The notes beneath the pieces were generated by a model. That model saw only the letters and a program-made list of their open reading frames with translations. It was not told the origin of the DNA and did not search any database. Source: an uncultured Bacteroidales bacterium (GTDB lineage Bacteria; Bacteroidota; Bacteroidia; Bacteroidales; UBA10428). Taken from it: a stretch of DNA of 64,000 nt. Position 1 is the first letter of the stretch; every line of letters starts with the position of its first letter. Location: positions 11,286 through 75,285 of the forward strand of contig CAYORG010000002.1 of NCBI GenBank assembly GCA_964406315.1. The letters are read 5' to 3'. Of the stretch, positions 40,235-49,524 are shown piece by piece. The translations under genes were made by a program, and so were the position numbers.

Positions 40235-40283
40235 ATTCTCTCTGTATATTTTTGCTAACTTACCGATTACCAAAAATATTTCC

Positions 40284-40946
40284 ATGAAGAGTGAATTGAA
40301 AATTACCGGAGATGGCTCTGCTACTCTTTATATGAATGATTTGAATGAACATTATCATAGCTCGTATGGAGCAGTGCAGGAATCCATGCATGTATTTATT
40401 AAAGCGGGATTAAGGGCATTAAAGAAAAAAGCCATCAGCATTTTTGAAATGGGATTTGGCACCGGATTGAATGCATTGCTCACTTACCTTGAAGCCGATA
40501 AATATAGCTCAATCGAATTTTACGCCCTGGAATTGTTCCCGTTGAAATGGAATTTGATTGAAACACTGAATTATCAGGGATACCTGAATCTTACGAAGGA
40601 ACAGACAATGGTTTTCAGGAATATGCACAGTATACCATGGGAAGAAAAAATACAAATATCTTCCAACTTCCTTTTAAAGAAGATGAAAGCTGACATGAAC
40701 AACCATGCATTTCACTCAAAATATGACCTCTTCTATTTTGATGCTTTTGCCCCAAAAGTACAACCTGAACTTTGGACAGAGGAGATCTTTAAAAAGATCT
40801 TCAATGCAATGAATGCTCATGGTATCCTGGTAACATACAGTGCCAAGGGAGAAGTAAGAAGGGATCTTCAAAGAGCCGGATTTGAGGTTGAACGTTTACC
40901 AGGACCTCCCGGAAAAAGGGAAATCATAAGGGCTATTAAGCAGTAA
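40284..40946 (+). CDS. mnmD: tRNA 5-methylaminomethyl-2-thiouridine methyltransferase MnmD-like (MnmC methyltransferase-domain homolog)
   Basis: ITGDGSATLY..LNEHYHSSYGAVQES, EMGFGTGLN, and YFDAFAPKVQPELWT...GPPGKREI. Confidence 0.75.
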   Translation: MKSELKITGDGSATLYMNDLNEHYHSSYGAVQESMHVFIKAGLRALKKKAISIFEMGFGTGLNALLTYLEADKYSSIEFYALELFPLKWNLIETLNYQGYLNLTKEQTMVFRNMHSIPWEEKIQISSNFLLKKMKADMNNHAFHSKYDLFYFDAFAPKVQPELWTEEIFKKIFNAMNAHGILVTYSAKGEVRRDLQRAGFEVERLPGPPGKREIIRAIKQ

Positions 40947-41025
40947 TTTGAACCTATATCCGAATTATCTGTTTATTACGTAGATTGTTTCAAATAACGT
41001 AATAATAACAAATTGAAATTGGTAT

Positions 41026-41484
41026 ATGAATTATTTAACAAAAGGTGTTAAAGCCCCTGATTTTAGAGGAAAAAATCAGAACGGAAATACCATAAGTTTA
41101 TCCGATTTTAAAGGAAAAAAAATTATACTTTATTTTTATCCCAAAGACAATACCCCCGGGTGCACTGCTGAAGCGTGCAATTTGAATGAGAATTATGATG
41201 AGTTCATTAAAAAGGGATTTGAAATTGTTGGGGTAAGTCCGGACAATGAACAATCTCATACAAAATTTATAAGTAAAAACGGGCTTCAGTTCAATCTCAT
41301 TGCTGATACGGATAAAACAATACTAAAAGCTTATGGTGCCTGGGGAATGAAAAAAATGTACGGAAAAGAATATGAAGGTGTGTTAAGAACCACTTATATT
41401 ATCGATGAAAACGGACGAATCGAACATGTTTTTACCAGGGTAGATACAAAAAATCATACACAGCAGATTCTCAGTGAATTATAA
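41026..41484 (+). CDS. bcp: Thioredoxin-dependent thiol peroxidase (peroxiredoxin Q/Bcp)
   Basis: LYFYPKDNTPGCTAEAC active-site motif. 152 aa. Confidence 0.9.
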   Translation: MNYLTKGVKAPDFRGKNQNGNTISLSDFKGKKIILYFYPKDNTPGCTAEACNLNENYDEFIKKGFEIVGVSPDNEQSHTKFISKNGLQFNLIADTDKTILKAYGAWGMKKMYGKEYEGVLRTTYIIDENGRIEHVFTRVDTKNHTQQILSEL

Positions 41485-41627
41485 ACGATATCATCAGATT
41501 TTCCAACTATTTTGCATTTCCTTTTCATTTTTTCTTGTTGATTGTTTTTAAAATGCTTAATTTATACGCTTACTATTTGATTATAATTTAATCATTTTAT
41601 ACGCTCAATACATTAAAAATCTATACA

Positions 41628-42644
41628 ATGGCAAAAGAACAATCTGCAAATGATATCCGCAACGAAAAGTTAAAAGCCCTTGAACTTACCCTGGGAAAAA
41701 TTGAAAAAGACTTTGGTAAAGGAACCATAATGAAAATGGGTGATCATGCAATTGTTGATGTTGGATCTATTCCAAGTGGTTCTATTGCTCTTGATGTAGC
41801 TTTGGGTATTGGAGGATACCCCAGAGGCAGAATTGTTGAAATATATGGACCGGAATCATCAGGAAAAACAACACTGGCCTTGCATGCTATTGCCGAAGCT
41901 CAGAAGACAGGGGGTATTGCTGCATTCATTGATGCAGAACATGCTTTTGACCGCTTTTATGCTCAAAAGTTGGGGATAGACATTGAAAACCTTCTTATTT
42001 CTCAACCGGATAACGGAGAACAGGCACTTGAAATCGCTGACCATTTGATCCGTTCCGGAGCCATAGATATTGTTGTGATCGACTCTGTTGCCGCATTAAC
42101 TCCAAAAGCAGAAATTGAAGGTGAAATGGGAGATTCAAGAATGGGATTACAGGCAAGACTCATGTCACAAGCACTCCGGAAACTCACTGCCAATATCAAC
42201 AAAACAAATACCTGCTGTGTATTCATCAATCAATTGCGCGAAAAAATCGGGATCATGTTTGGCAATCCTGAAACGACCACCGGGGGAAATGCATTAAAGT
42301 TTTATGCAAGTAGCCGCATAGATATCAGACGAATCAGTCAGTTAAAAGAAGGGGATGAAACTCTCGGAAACCATGTGCGGGTTAAAATCGTTAAGAACAA
42401 GCTTGCCCCTCCATTTAAAAAAGCCGAATTTGATATCATGTTTGGCGAAGGCATTTCCCGTACAGGCGAATTGGTCGATCTTGGCGTTGAGCAGGAAATA
42501 CTGAAAAAATCAGGTTCCTGGTTCAGCTACGGGGAGACACGTTTGGGACAGGGACGTGATGCAGTAAAAGCATTGCTGGCTGATAATCCTGAACTGGCTG
42601 AAGAAATTGAAGCGAAGATCAAGGAAGTCCTTCAAAAGAAATAA
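41628..42644 (+). CDS. recA: Recombinase RecA
   Basis: [15 protein letters not shown] Walker [11 protein letters not shown] and INQLREKIG. Confidence 0.97.
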   Translation: MAKEQSANDIRNEKLKALELTLGKIEKDFGKGTIMKMGDHAIVDVGSIPSGSIALDVALGIGGYPRGRIVEIYGPESSGKTTLALHAIAEAQKTGGIAAFIDAEHAFDRFYAQKLGIDIENLLISQPDNGEQALEIADHLIRSGAIDIVVIDSVAALTPKAEIEGEMGDSRMGLQARLMSQALRKLTANINKTNTCCVFINQLREKIGIMFGNPETTTGGNALKFYASSRIDIRRISQLKEGDETLGNHVRVKIVKNKLAPPFKKAEFDIMFGEGISRTGELVDLGVEQEILKKSGSWFSYGETRLGQGRDAVKALLADNPELAEEIEAKIKEVLQKK

Positions 42645-42815
42645 TTTTCACTGTAAATAATCTTGTTAAACATTTGTGCTTCAATACTATATGACATAAT
42701 ATTTTAGCATTTCAATTTTTCATATCGTGGAACCCTTATAGTATGTTCATTGCCTTTTGTCGCTTTGCAGCGAAGTGTTTCGGCACCCACGTATGAACTT
42801 GAGTGCTTGAGGGTT

Positions 42816-44525
42816 TCATCCGATCTTCTCTTTTCTGAATTTTTCCCAGTAATCGATAATTGTTGATTTTACTTCTTTATGAAGGAATAATAAACCGATC
42901 AGGTTAGGGATGGCCATTAAGGCTATGGTTATTCCGGAAAATGACCATACAACGGTCGTATCTGTAAAAGAAGCAATAAAAAACCCGGCTACATAAATCA
43001 AACGATACAGTGTTACGTATTTTGTACTCCACAGATAGGTCACTGCCCTGTCACCATAATACGACCATGATATAGCTGTAGAAAAAGCAAACAACAGCAA
43101 ACCAATGGCCACAATATATTTCCCGAATTCGCCGAATAGCCCCTTGGTAAAAGCAAGGGCTGTGAGCGGGGCACTATGCAAAAGCGATCGTCCTGTGAGG
43201 TGGGCATTTTCAGATAGAATGTCCGGATTGCCTTCTTCACACCATAGCTTTCCGCTATATACTTTTTCATCTTCCGTAATCACGAAAACATTTTCGGCAA
43301 TGGATCTGGAATTGATCACAGTCACGTCATTTAGTATCTTTCCTTCTTCCACTGTCAGTTCTCCGGTGAATTTTTTTACGTTGTGACTTTCTTCATCACT
43401 GATGAATTTAATGATCTTTTGTCTGTCTTCTTTACTTGTTTCATCATAAATTCCTTCCAGTACAACCGTGTCAGCAGGCTGAAACAGATTTTCATGTTTT
43501 TCAGTCCATACACCCGACGTAAGTATAGTGAGCCCCGTAAGAGTACATATAATAATGGTATCTATGAAAGGGCCCAGTATGGCTACCATTCCCTCCGACA
43601 CAGGTTCGTTTGCCCGTGCTGTGGCATGAGCAATGGGAGCAGATCCTTGTCCGGCTTCATTCGAAAACAGGCCTCTGTTCACTCCTCTGTCCATAGCAAA
43701 TTTTATGCCGGCCCCTAAAAATCCTCCGGCGGCTGCAGTCCCGGTAAACACATCCGTAAATATAGAAGCCAGAGAAGGCAAAATGTGCTGGTAGTTTGTG
43801 ATCAGAACAGATAGGGCGCCAATAAGATAAATAATTGCCATGGAAGGTACCAGCCGGGATGTAACTTTAGCAATCCGTTTTATTCCCCCGATAATTACCA
43901 AACCAAGTAATACGGCCAGTATTCCGCCTGTGATCATATGGTTAATCCCGAACGCAGAAAACATTACGTTGGAAATACTGTTTATCTGTGGCAAATTCCC
44001 TGTACCGAATGAACAAAATACAGTTGAAACGGCAAATATGCCACCCAACCAATACCCTGTCTTAACCTTTCTTCCATTGCGAAGTCTTATGTTTAAGCGG
44101 TTTTTCATATAATACATTGGTCCACCGGCTATTTTTCCATGTTCATCCGTTTCCCTGTATTTATGCGATAGCAATACTTCAACAAATTTTGTGGTCATCC
44201 CCAGGAAAGCGGTTACGAGCATCCAGAACAAGGCCGCAGGACCACCAAGAAAAATTGCCAGAGCCACCCCCGCAATATTTCCCGTACCTACAGTACCCGA
44301 CAACGCCGTTGATAAAGCCTGAAAATGAGTAGTATCGCCCTTGGCTCCCGTTCTGTCATATTTGCCTCTTACAACACGGATTGCATGCCTGAAATATCTT
44401 ATTTGTGGAAAACCAAGGTATAGTGTAAAAATGATTCCCGTGCCAAGCAGTAAAATGACAAAAGCAGGTGATCCTCCAATATAGCTGTCTATTGTTAAAA
44501 GAAAATCATTGATCTCTTGCATCAT
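42816..44525 (-). CDS. Alanine/glycine:cation symporter (AGCS) family transporter with an inserted ~100-aa hydrophilic domain
   Basis: FQALSTALSGTVGTGNIAGVA, GLFSNEAGQGSAPIAHA and FAFSTAISWSYYGDRA. 569 aa. Confidence 0.9.
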   Translation of the reverse strand: MMQEINDFLLTIDSYIGGSPAFVILLLGTGIIFTLYLGFPQIRYFRHAIRVVRGKYDRTGAKGDTTHFQALSTALSGTVGTGNIAGVALAIFLGGPAALFWMLVTAFLGMTTKFVEVLLSHKYRETDEHGKIAGGPMYYMKNRLNIRLRNGRKVKTGYWLGGIFAVSTVFCSFGTGNLPQINSISNVMFSAFGINHMITGGILAVLLGLVIIGGIKRIAKVTSRLVPSMAIIYLIGALSVLITNYQHILPSLASIFTDVFTGTAAAGGFLGAGIKFAMDRGVNRGLFSNEAGQGSAPIAHATARANEPVSEGMVAILGPFIDTIIICTLTGLTILTSGVWTEKHENLFQPADTVVLEGIYDETSKEDRQKIIKFISDEESHNVKKFTGELTVEEGKILNDVTVINSRSIAENVFVITEDEKVYSGKLWCEEGNPDILSENAHLTGRSLLHSAPLTALAFTKGLFGEFGKYIVAIGLLLFAFSTAISWSYYGDRAVTYLWSTKYVTLYRLIYVAGFFIASFTDTTVVWSFSGITIALMAIPNLIGLLFLHKEVKSTIIDYWEKFRKEKIG

Positions 44526-44545
44526 GAAAAATTATGTTAGGGTAT

Positions 44546-44553
44546 CAAATATA
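44546..44553 (-). promoter_or_regulatory. Candidate -7 promoter box (TATATTTG) for the AGCS gene
   Basis: TAnnTTTG on the minus strand, about 21 nt upstream of the ATG. Confidence 0.35.
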
Positions 44554-44599
44554 GTAAAACGAAGTTTCTAATTATAACGCTTCTCAATAACGAAACGAT

Positions 44600-45060
44600 T
44601 ACACGATTTCATACAACCGTTTAGAGGTTTAGGTGTTTAGAAGTATAAGAACTGTCGCTAGTCTCAAGTCACTAGTTACTAGTCTCAAGATTTCAAATCT
44701 TAATCAATATCCAATGTCCAACACCCAATGTCCCTGCCTGCCGCAGTCAGGGACATTTGACATTACGTAAATACTGATTATTATGAATCTAAATCCTAAA
44801 CATCTTAACTACTCAACTCATCTTTAAATAGATTAACTGGTAAATCGGGCAACTGGTGAACTGAAGTTTTATAATAAATCCTGGACCAATAGATAAACTT
44901 CATTTCATCCATCCTTCGCTTATCAGGGTAAGCTATGGCTGGCAAAGCAATTCATCGATTCCCCGAATAATCATTCTCAAATAATCCAGCAATTCTAATC
45001 ATCTAAACTCCTCAACATCTAAACAATTCAACGATTCAACAACCGAACTTGCGAGCTCGA
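44600..45060. repeat. Repeat-dense non-coding region with tandem, direct and inverted modules
   Basis: ctagtctcaag occurs twice, 21 nt apart (44658, 44679). There is a 10-bp hairpin aatgtccctg/cagggacatt (44727-44757). tctaaac-type modules sit at about 44786 and 45000, with an inverted counterpart at about 44617. Confidence 0.6.
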
Positions 45061-45204
45061 CGAAGTCAATTAATCAACTTCTCCCGACTTCCTGCTGTTA
45101 TTGCCTCCTCCTTGTTGTGAAATTTAACAGATAAGGATTTCATTACCCGAGGCCTATTCGGAAAAAAATTTTCTGTATTATTGTGATAAAATAACTTATT
45201 CTCT

Positions 45205-46122
45205 ATGCTTCGTACAATGTTGTTCCTTATCATCACTCTTATGATTGTCCCACTGATAGCAATATACAGTGATATATCATTTACAGATTTGCAGTGGGAA
45301 CTTTTGGAATCTTCTGCCATAATTATGCTTGTAATTTCACTTCTTTGTTTCCTGGTGAGTGAACTGAGCAAAAATTACAGCCAGGTGGACAAATTGTGGA
45401 GCATAATCCCTGTAATATATGTCTGGTACTTTGCATTTTATGGAGGATTAAGTATCCGTATGCTTCTTATGGGAATACTGGTAACCCTTTGGGGTGTCAG
45501 GTTGAGTTATAATTTTAACCGGAGGGGAGGATACAATATCTTGCCCTGGCGGGGAGAAGAGGATTACAGATGGGCAGTGCTTAGAGAAATGCCTCTCTTA
45601 AAAGGTCGTTTTCGGTGGGGAATATTTAATCTGTTTTTTATATCACTTTACCAAAACACACTTTTATTATTGATCAGTTTGCCCGCTCTTTTTGTTATTC
45701 ATCAAAAGGAATCATCATTGAAATGGATTGACCTTCTTGCTGCTGTTTCAATGATTGGTTTTATAATCATTGAAACCATTGCTGATCAGCAACAATACAA
45801 TTTCCAAAAAGAAAAATACAAGCGCATTGAGTCGAAAGAAAAACTGACAGGAAATTATGCGAATGGATTTCTTTCCACCGGGTTATGGAAATACAGCAGA
45901 CATCCTAATTACACAGCCGAACAGGCTATCTGGATTAGTTTTTATCTGTTCAGTGTGGCTGCCACGGGACAATGGCTGAACTGGTCGCTGGCAGGATCTG
46001 TTTTACTGGTATTGCTATTCTTCGGGAGCTCCTCATTCAGTGAAAAGATCTCTGCTGCGAAATATCCCGGATACCAGAAATACCAAAAACGGACCGGGCG
46101 ATTTCTGCCCAGACTTTTTTAA
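45205..46122 (+). CDS. DUF1295 (steroid 5-alpha-reductase/ICMT-like) membrane protein
   Basis: Polytopic, with SRHPNYTAEQAIWISFYLF near the C-terminus. Confidence 0.75.
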   Translation: MLRTMLFLIITLMIVPLIAIYSDISFTDLQWELLESSAIIMLVISLLCFLVSELSKNYSQVDKLWSIIPVIYVWYFAFYGGLSIRMLLMGILVTLWGVRLSYNFNRRGGYNILPWRGEEDYRWAVLREMPLLKGRFRWGIFNLFFISLYQNTLLLLISLPALFVIHQKESSLKWIDLLAAVSMIGFIIIETIADQQQYNFQKEKYKRIESKEKLTGNYANGFLSTGLWKYSRHPNYTAEQAIWISFYLFSVAATGQWLNWSLAGSVLLVLLFFGSSSFSEKISAAKYPGYQKYQKRTGRFLPRLF

Positions 46123-46172
46123 TGCAATGAACTGCCTCGCAGCAAACCATAGAGGTATTAAAACAGAAATTC
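46121..46172 (+). repeat. Short 3'-end repeat module (aatgca..atgaactgcctcg.agca...gaggtat.aaaa), copy 1
   Basis: It starts at the stop codon of the DUF1295 gene. A related copy lies at 53002-53060, at the pepT stop codon. Confidence 0.55.
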
Positions 46173-46480
46173 GTTTTTCTTGTTTCAAGTAAAGACGTTT
46201 CTAAATGAAATTCCGTTATCCTCTTTTCTGACTTTCGTTTTCACGATTAAGCCTTACAAATACTCTCCCTGATACAAATAACCGGAATACATAATTTCAT
46301 GGTTTTGGTTTTATGGAAATTTGATATCTGGTTTGCAAAAAAGACAGATGATAAATATAATAGGTTGCAAAAGATCCTGGAATTCATAAAAAATAATGCG
46401 AATGCAACTTCAATCAAAGACTATATTGTATCCTGCAGGAAAGAAGTCGAATTGCCAGTCCATTTCTCACTGAATCTGCA

Positions 46481-46488
46481 TACATTTG
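46481..46488 (+). promoter_or_regulatory. Candidate -7 promoter box (TACATTTG) for the DMT transporter gene
   Basis: TAnnTTTG 25 nt upstream of the ATG at 46513. Confidence 0.3.
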
Positions 46489-46512
46489 CAAATTCATTAC
46501 AGATAAGTTCAC

Positions 46513-47415
46513 ATGGTCAGGACCTCATCTCAAAGCAACAGTATTTTTTTGGCTATTCTGGCATGCATTCTATGGTCAACAGCATTTGCAGGAATAAAGA
46601 TCGGACTGCAATATTCAAGTCCGCTGCAATTTGCCGGTTTACGGTTTATGATATCCGGATTGATGATTTTTCCGTTTTGTAGAAATATTGCTTCTGATAT
46701 CCGAATAGCAGGAAAAAAATTTGATAAAATACTATGGATAAGTCTTTTTCAAACAGCAATACTCTACACTTTTTTTTATCTTGGATTGAATAAAACACCA
46801 GCAGCAGTAGCTGCAATCATTGTGGGCGGAGGTCCTTTATTTGTTGCTTTTCTGGCGCATTTCATTACAGGTAAAGATCCTCTGACATTACGCAAAAGTA
46901 TTGCCCTGCTTATAGGATTTTCAGGCATCGTGTTATTGGCTATTGCAAAAGATCGTACTATCGAAAATCACAACACTATTCTCATTGGTATTATTCTTCT
47001 TGTGGCTGGAAATATTGCAGGGAGTTATGGAAATATTCTTGTTTCAACAAATAAGATCAATATCTCACCAGTTCTGCTAAACGCACTTCAGATCTTTCTT
47101 GGTGGTGCAATCATTCTCATCCTGTCTTTCTTCTTTGAAGAATTTTCTTTTACGCCAAAACCTTTGCCTTACTATCTTTCACTAGGGTGGTTAAGTCTTT
47201 TGTCAGCAGTAGCATTTTCATTATGGTTTGTTGTTTTGAGTCGTCCCCATGTTAGAGTATCTGAAATTACTATTTGGAAGTTTATCATTCCACTTCTTGG
47301 AGCTATACTTAGCTGGCTCATTATTGCCGGTGAAGAACCACGATGGTATACTATTTTGGGTATGATCTTAATTGCTGCAGCAATTCTGATTATTTATGGC
47401 AGAAAGAAAGAATGA
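46513..47415 (+). CDS. DMT superfamily (EamA-like) transporter
   Basis: About ten TM segments with two EamA-like halves (ILWSTAFAGIKIGL...). 300 aa. Confidence 0.85.
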   Translation: MVRTSSQSNSIFLAILACILWSTAFAGIKIGLQYSSPLQFAGLRFMISGLMIFPFCRNIASDIRIAGKKFDKILWISLFQTAILYTFFYLGLNKTPAAVAAIIVGGGPLFVAFLAHFITGKDPLTLRKSIALLIGFSGIVLLAIAKDRTIENHNTILIGIILLVAGNIAGSYGNILVSTNKINISPVLLNALQIFLGGAIILILSFFFEEFSFTPKPLPYYLSLGWLSLLSAVAFSLWFVVLSRPHVRVSEITIWKFIIPLLGAILSWLIIAGEEPRWYTILGMILIAAAILIIYGRKKE

Positions 47416-47422
47416 CCTGATT

Positions 47423-49219
47423 TTATTCTTCGAGTATTCCCATCTGCTGCATGAGCAAGGAAGCATTCATTTTGGTTGTGATGCCTTTTCTCAATCTATA
47501 ATCAAAAGAAATATGGGTATTATCAATTTCTATTTCGAAACACAGGTTTTTCACTTGTCCGGGAAACTCACTTTCAATGCCTGCCAGTGAGAGGTCGTGT
47601 GTTGCAATAATTCCTGTTCCTTTGTATTTTATTATTTGTTTCAATGCCGATCGGGAACCTTTTTGTTTGTCGACAGAATTTGTGCCTTTCAATATTTCAT
47701 CCAGGATAATAAAAAGATCATCTCCTTTCTTCAACCTGTCAAGCATCTCTTTCAATCGCTTCAATTCAGCATAAAAATAAGATTCATTTTTATTCAGAGA
47801 ATCACTTGTTCTCATACTGCTGAAAATGATCATAGGCTTAAACGTCAGCCTTTCAGCACATACAGGTGCACCTGCCATGGCCATAACCAGATTGGTTGCT
47901 ATGGTTCTCAGAAAAGTACTTTTTCCGGCCATATTAGCACCGGTAATTATAATAAATTCTCCTTTTTTGGCTATCTCAAAATCATTACAAATCCTCTGGC
48001 CGGATGGTATTAAAAAATGTCCGATGTTTTTGGTTTCAAGGATCGCGGTCAGTGAAATTTCAGGGTAAATATAGGAAGGGTGATTGAATGCAAAAGTAGC
48101 CAAACTCGCATATGCATCAAATTCGGCAAGTTTATCCATCCATTCTTCAAAATATATCCCTTTCTGCTTTCTCCATTTTTCAAGTCGCAGCATACATTGT
48201 ATATCCCATAATAAAATCCCTTCAAGAAAGATGGCAGCAAGAATATTCAAACGATTATCGAAAGCAGATATGATTTGCGATAAACTCAGAATGGATTTGG
48301 AGGCAGAATTTGAACCTGATATAAGAATATCATAAAGTACATTGAGCTTCTGTCCTTTATAGGTTCCTTTTTCAATAATTGAGAAAAGTACAGCATATTT
48401 TTTTAAGGTTTTCAAATGTTTGCTGATCAACCCGTGTTCCCTTGAATTCAAGGTGAGTTTAGTCCCAATAATAAGCAAATTCGTCAGAAACAGTAAAATG
48501 GATATGCTCCTGAAAACGGGTAAAAAAAATGCCGGAACAATGCAAATGCACAAAACTACCGGAAATGCCCAGGCAATAAAAATCATAAATTTGTTGGAAA
48601 GATATTGAACAGGTTTATTTATCCATTCTTTTAGCAACTCGACATCTGATAATTCATCTTTGTGAAATGACCCGGCAGCCCTGAAATTCTGCAACAGGTC
48701 AATCATTGAGCTTAATTCGTTAACTGCTTTCTGCCTGCTAACAATAATTTCCGATTCAAGAGTCTCTTTAGATAGCAAAGAAGCCAGTAACTCTTTCCCC
48801 TTAAAAGTCACTGTACGATTCAAATACTGATACAATGATCCGGTACCAAAAAGATCCATATCATAACTGTAGGGATGTTCATGGTCAATGAAATTGTCTC
48901 CGGATTCAAACACCGAATAATCACGACCTATCGCGTTGATCTCATTTGTATTTACTGTAATCAGCGCCTGTGTATGTTTATACTTCTCATTTTGACTGTT
49001 ATATGCCTTTACGGTGATCAGAAACAATACCAGACAGGTTATAACAATACTCAATCCTGCTGAGATTGATTTTGGGACAATAATAAAAATTGCTAGTACG
49101 ACCAGTGCAAACAGGATAAGCCTTGTAAATGCAAATAGTTTGAGTCTTCTCTTTTCCAGTTTTTTGATTTCCTCAAGCTGATCCAGCTTATTCCTGTAAA
49201 ATCTCCGAACATCAATCAT
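47423..49219 (-). CDS. MutS-related protein: N-terminal membrane domain plus MutS domain V ATPase
   Basis: IITGANMAGKSTFLRTIATN Walker A, ILDEILKGTN and GIIATHDL. There are N-terminal hydrophobic helices. I saw no mismatch-binding or Smr domain. Confidence 0.85.
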   Translation of the reverse strand: MIDVRRFYRNKLDQLEEIKKLEKRRLKLFAFTRLILFALVVLAIFIIVPKSISAGLSIVITCLVLFLITVKAYNSQNEKYKHTQALITVNTNEINAIGRDYSVFESGDNFIDHEHPYSYDMDLFGTGSLYQYLNRTVTFKGKELLASLLSKETLESEIIVSRQKAVNELSSMIDLLQNFRAAGSFHKDELSDVELLKEWINKPVQYLSNKFMIFIAWAFPVVLCICIVPAFFLPVFRSISILLFLTNLLIIGTKLTLNSREHGLISKHLKTLKKYAVLFSIIEKGTYKGQKLNVLYDILISGSNSASKSILSLSQIISAFDNRLNILAAIFLEGILLWDIQCMLRLEKWRKQKGIYFEEWMDKLAEFDAYASLATFAFNHPSYIYPEISLTAILETKNIGHFLIPSGQRICNDFEIAKKGEFIIITGANMAGKSTFLRTIATNLVMAMAGAPVCAERLTFKPMIIFSSMRTSDSLNKNESYFYAELKRLKEMLDRLKKGDDLFIILDEILKGTNSVDKQKGSRSALKQIIKYKGTGIIATHDLSLAGIESEFPGQVKNLCFEIEIDNTHISFDYRLRKGITTKMNASLLMQQMGILEE

Positions 49220-49524
49220 ACAATGTAAAATTTAACTGCCATTACATTCATTCTTGTATTATATCCCTGCTTGTATTGTTTGCTTAAATCAAAATCCCAT
49301 ACCCATTTCTTTACAATCATCTTCTCCGGGATATCACAATAAATTAAAGAATTCTTTTGTGAAACCATTTCATCTTTGAAATGAATTTCCTCATAATCTG
49401 TCTTAAAAGGCAAAAAGTTCCGGTGTTTTGCTAACAATTCCTCCAGGATGGTAAGTTCATTTTCCGTAATCTCTCTTTGCCTGTATATATAATCTATAAT
49501 ACCTCCTGTCAGATCCATATTCAA
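49216..49524 (-). CDS. Hypothetical protein, probably the C-terminal half of a split gene
   Basis: 102-aa ORF. Its stop overlaps the MutS-like start (ATGA at 49216-49219). Its listed TTG start overlaps the stop of the upstream ORF in the -1 frame. Confidence 0.45.
   Translation of the reverse strand: MNMDLTGGIIDYIYRQREITENELTILEELLAKHRNFLPFKTDYEEIHFKDEMVSQKNSLIYCDIPEKMIVKKWVWDFDLSKQYKQGYNTRMNVMAVKFYIV

Noticed and set aside
44658-44689. Tandem ctagtctcaag repeats considered as a CRISPR fragment
   Set aside because: There are only two 11-nt copies with a 10-nt spacer. That is far too short and too few for a CRISPR array, and there are no cas genes.
44526-44700. Possible glycine riboswitch upstream of the AGCS symporter (a common association)
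   Set aside because: Reading the minus strand, I found no GGAGAG...CACCG...GGGGCAA-type conserved cores. I found only an AT-rich leader with a TATATTTG promoter box.
45066-45371. 101-aa minus-strand ORF
   Set aside because: It overlaps the 5' end of the DUF1295 gene and the repeat-rich spacer, and it has no motifs.
46299-46682. 127-aa plus-strand ORF upstream of and overlapping the DMT transporter gene
   Set aside because: It overlaps the transporter in another frame. The transporter start at 46513 is preceded by a good -7 box, and the ORF has no recognisable features.
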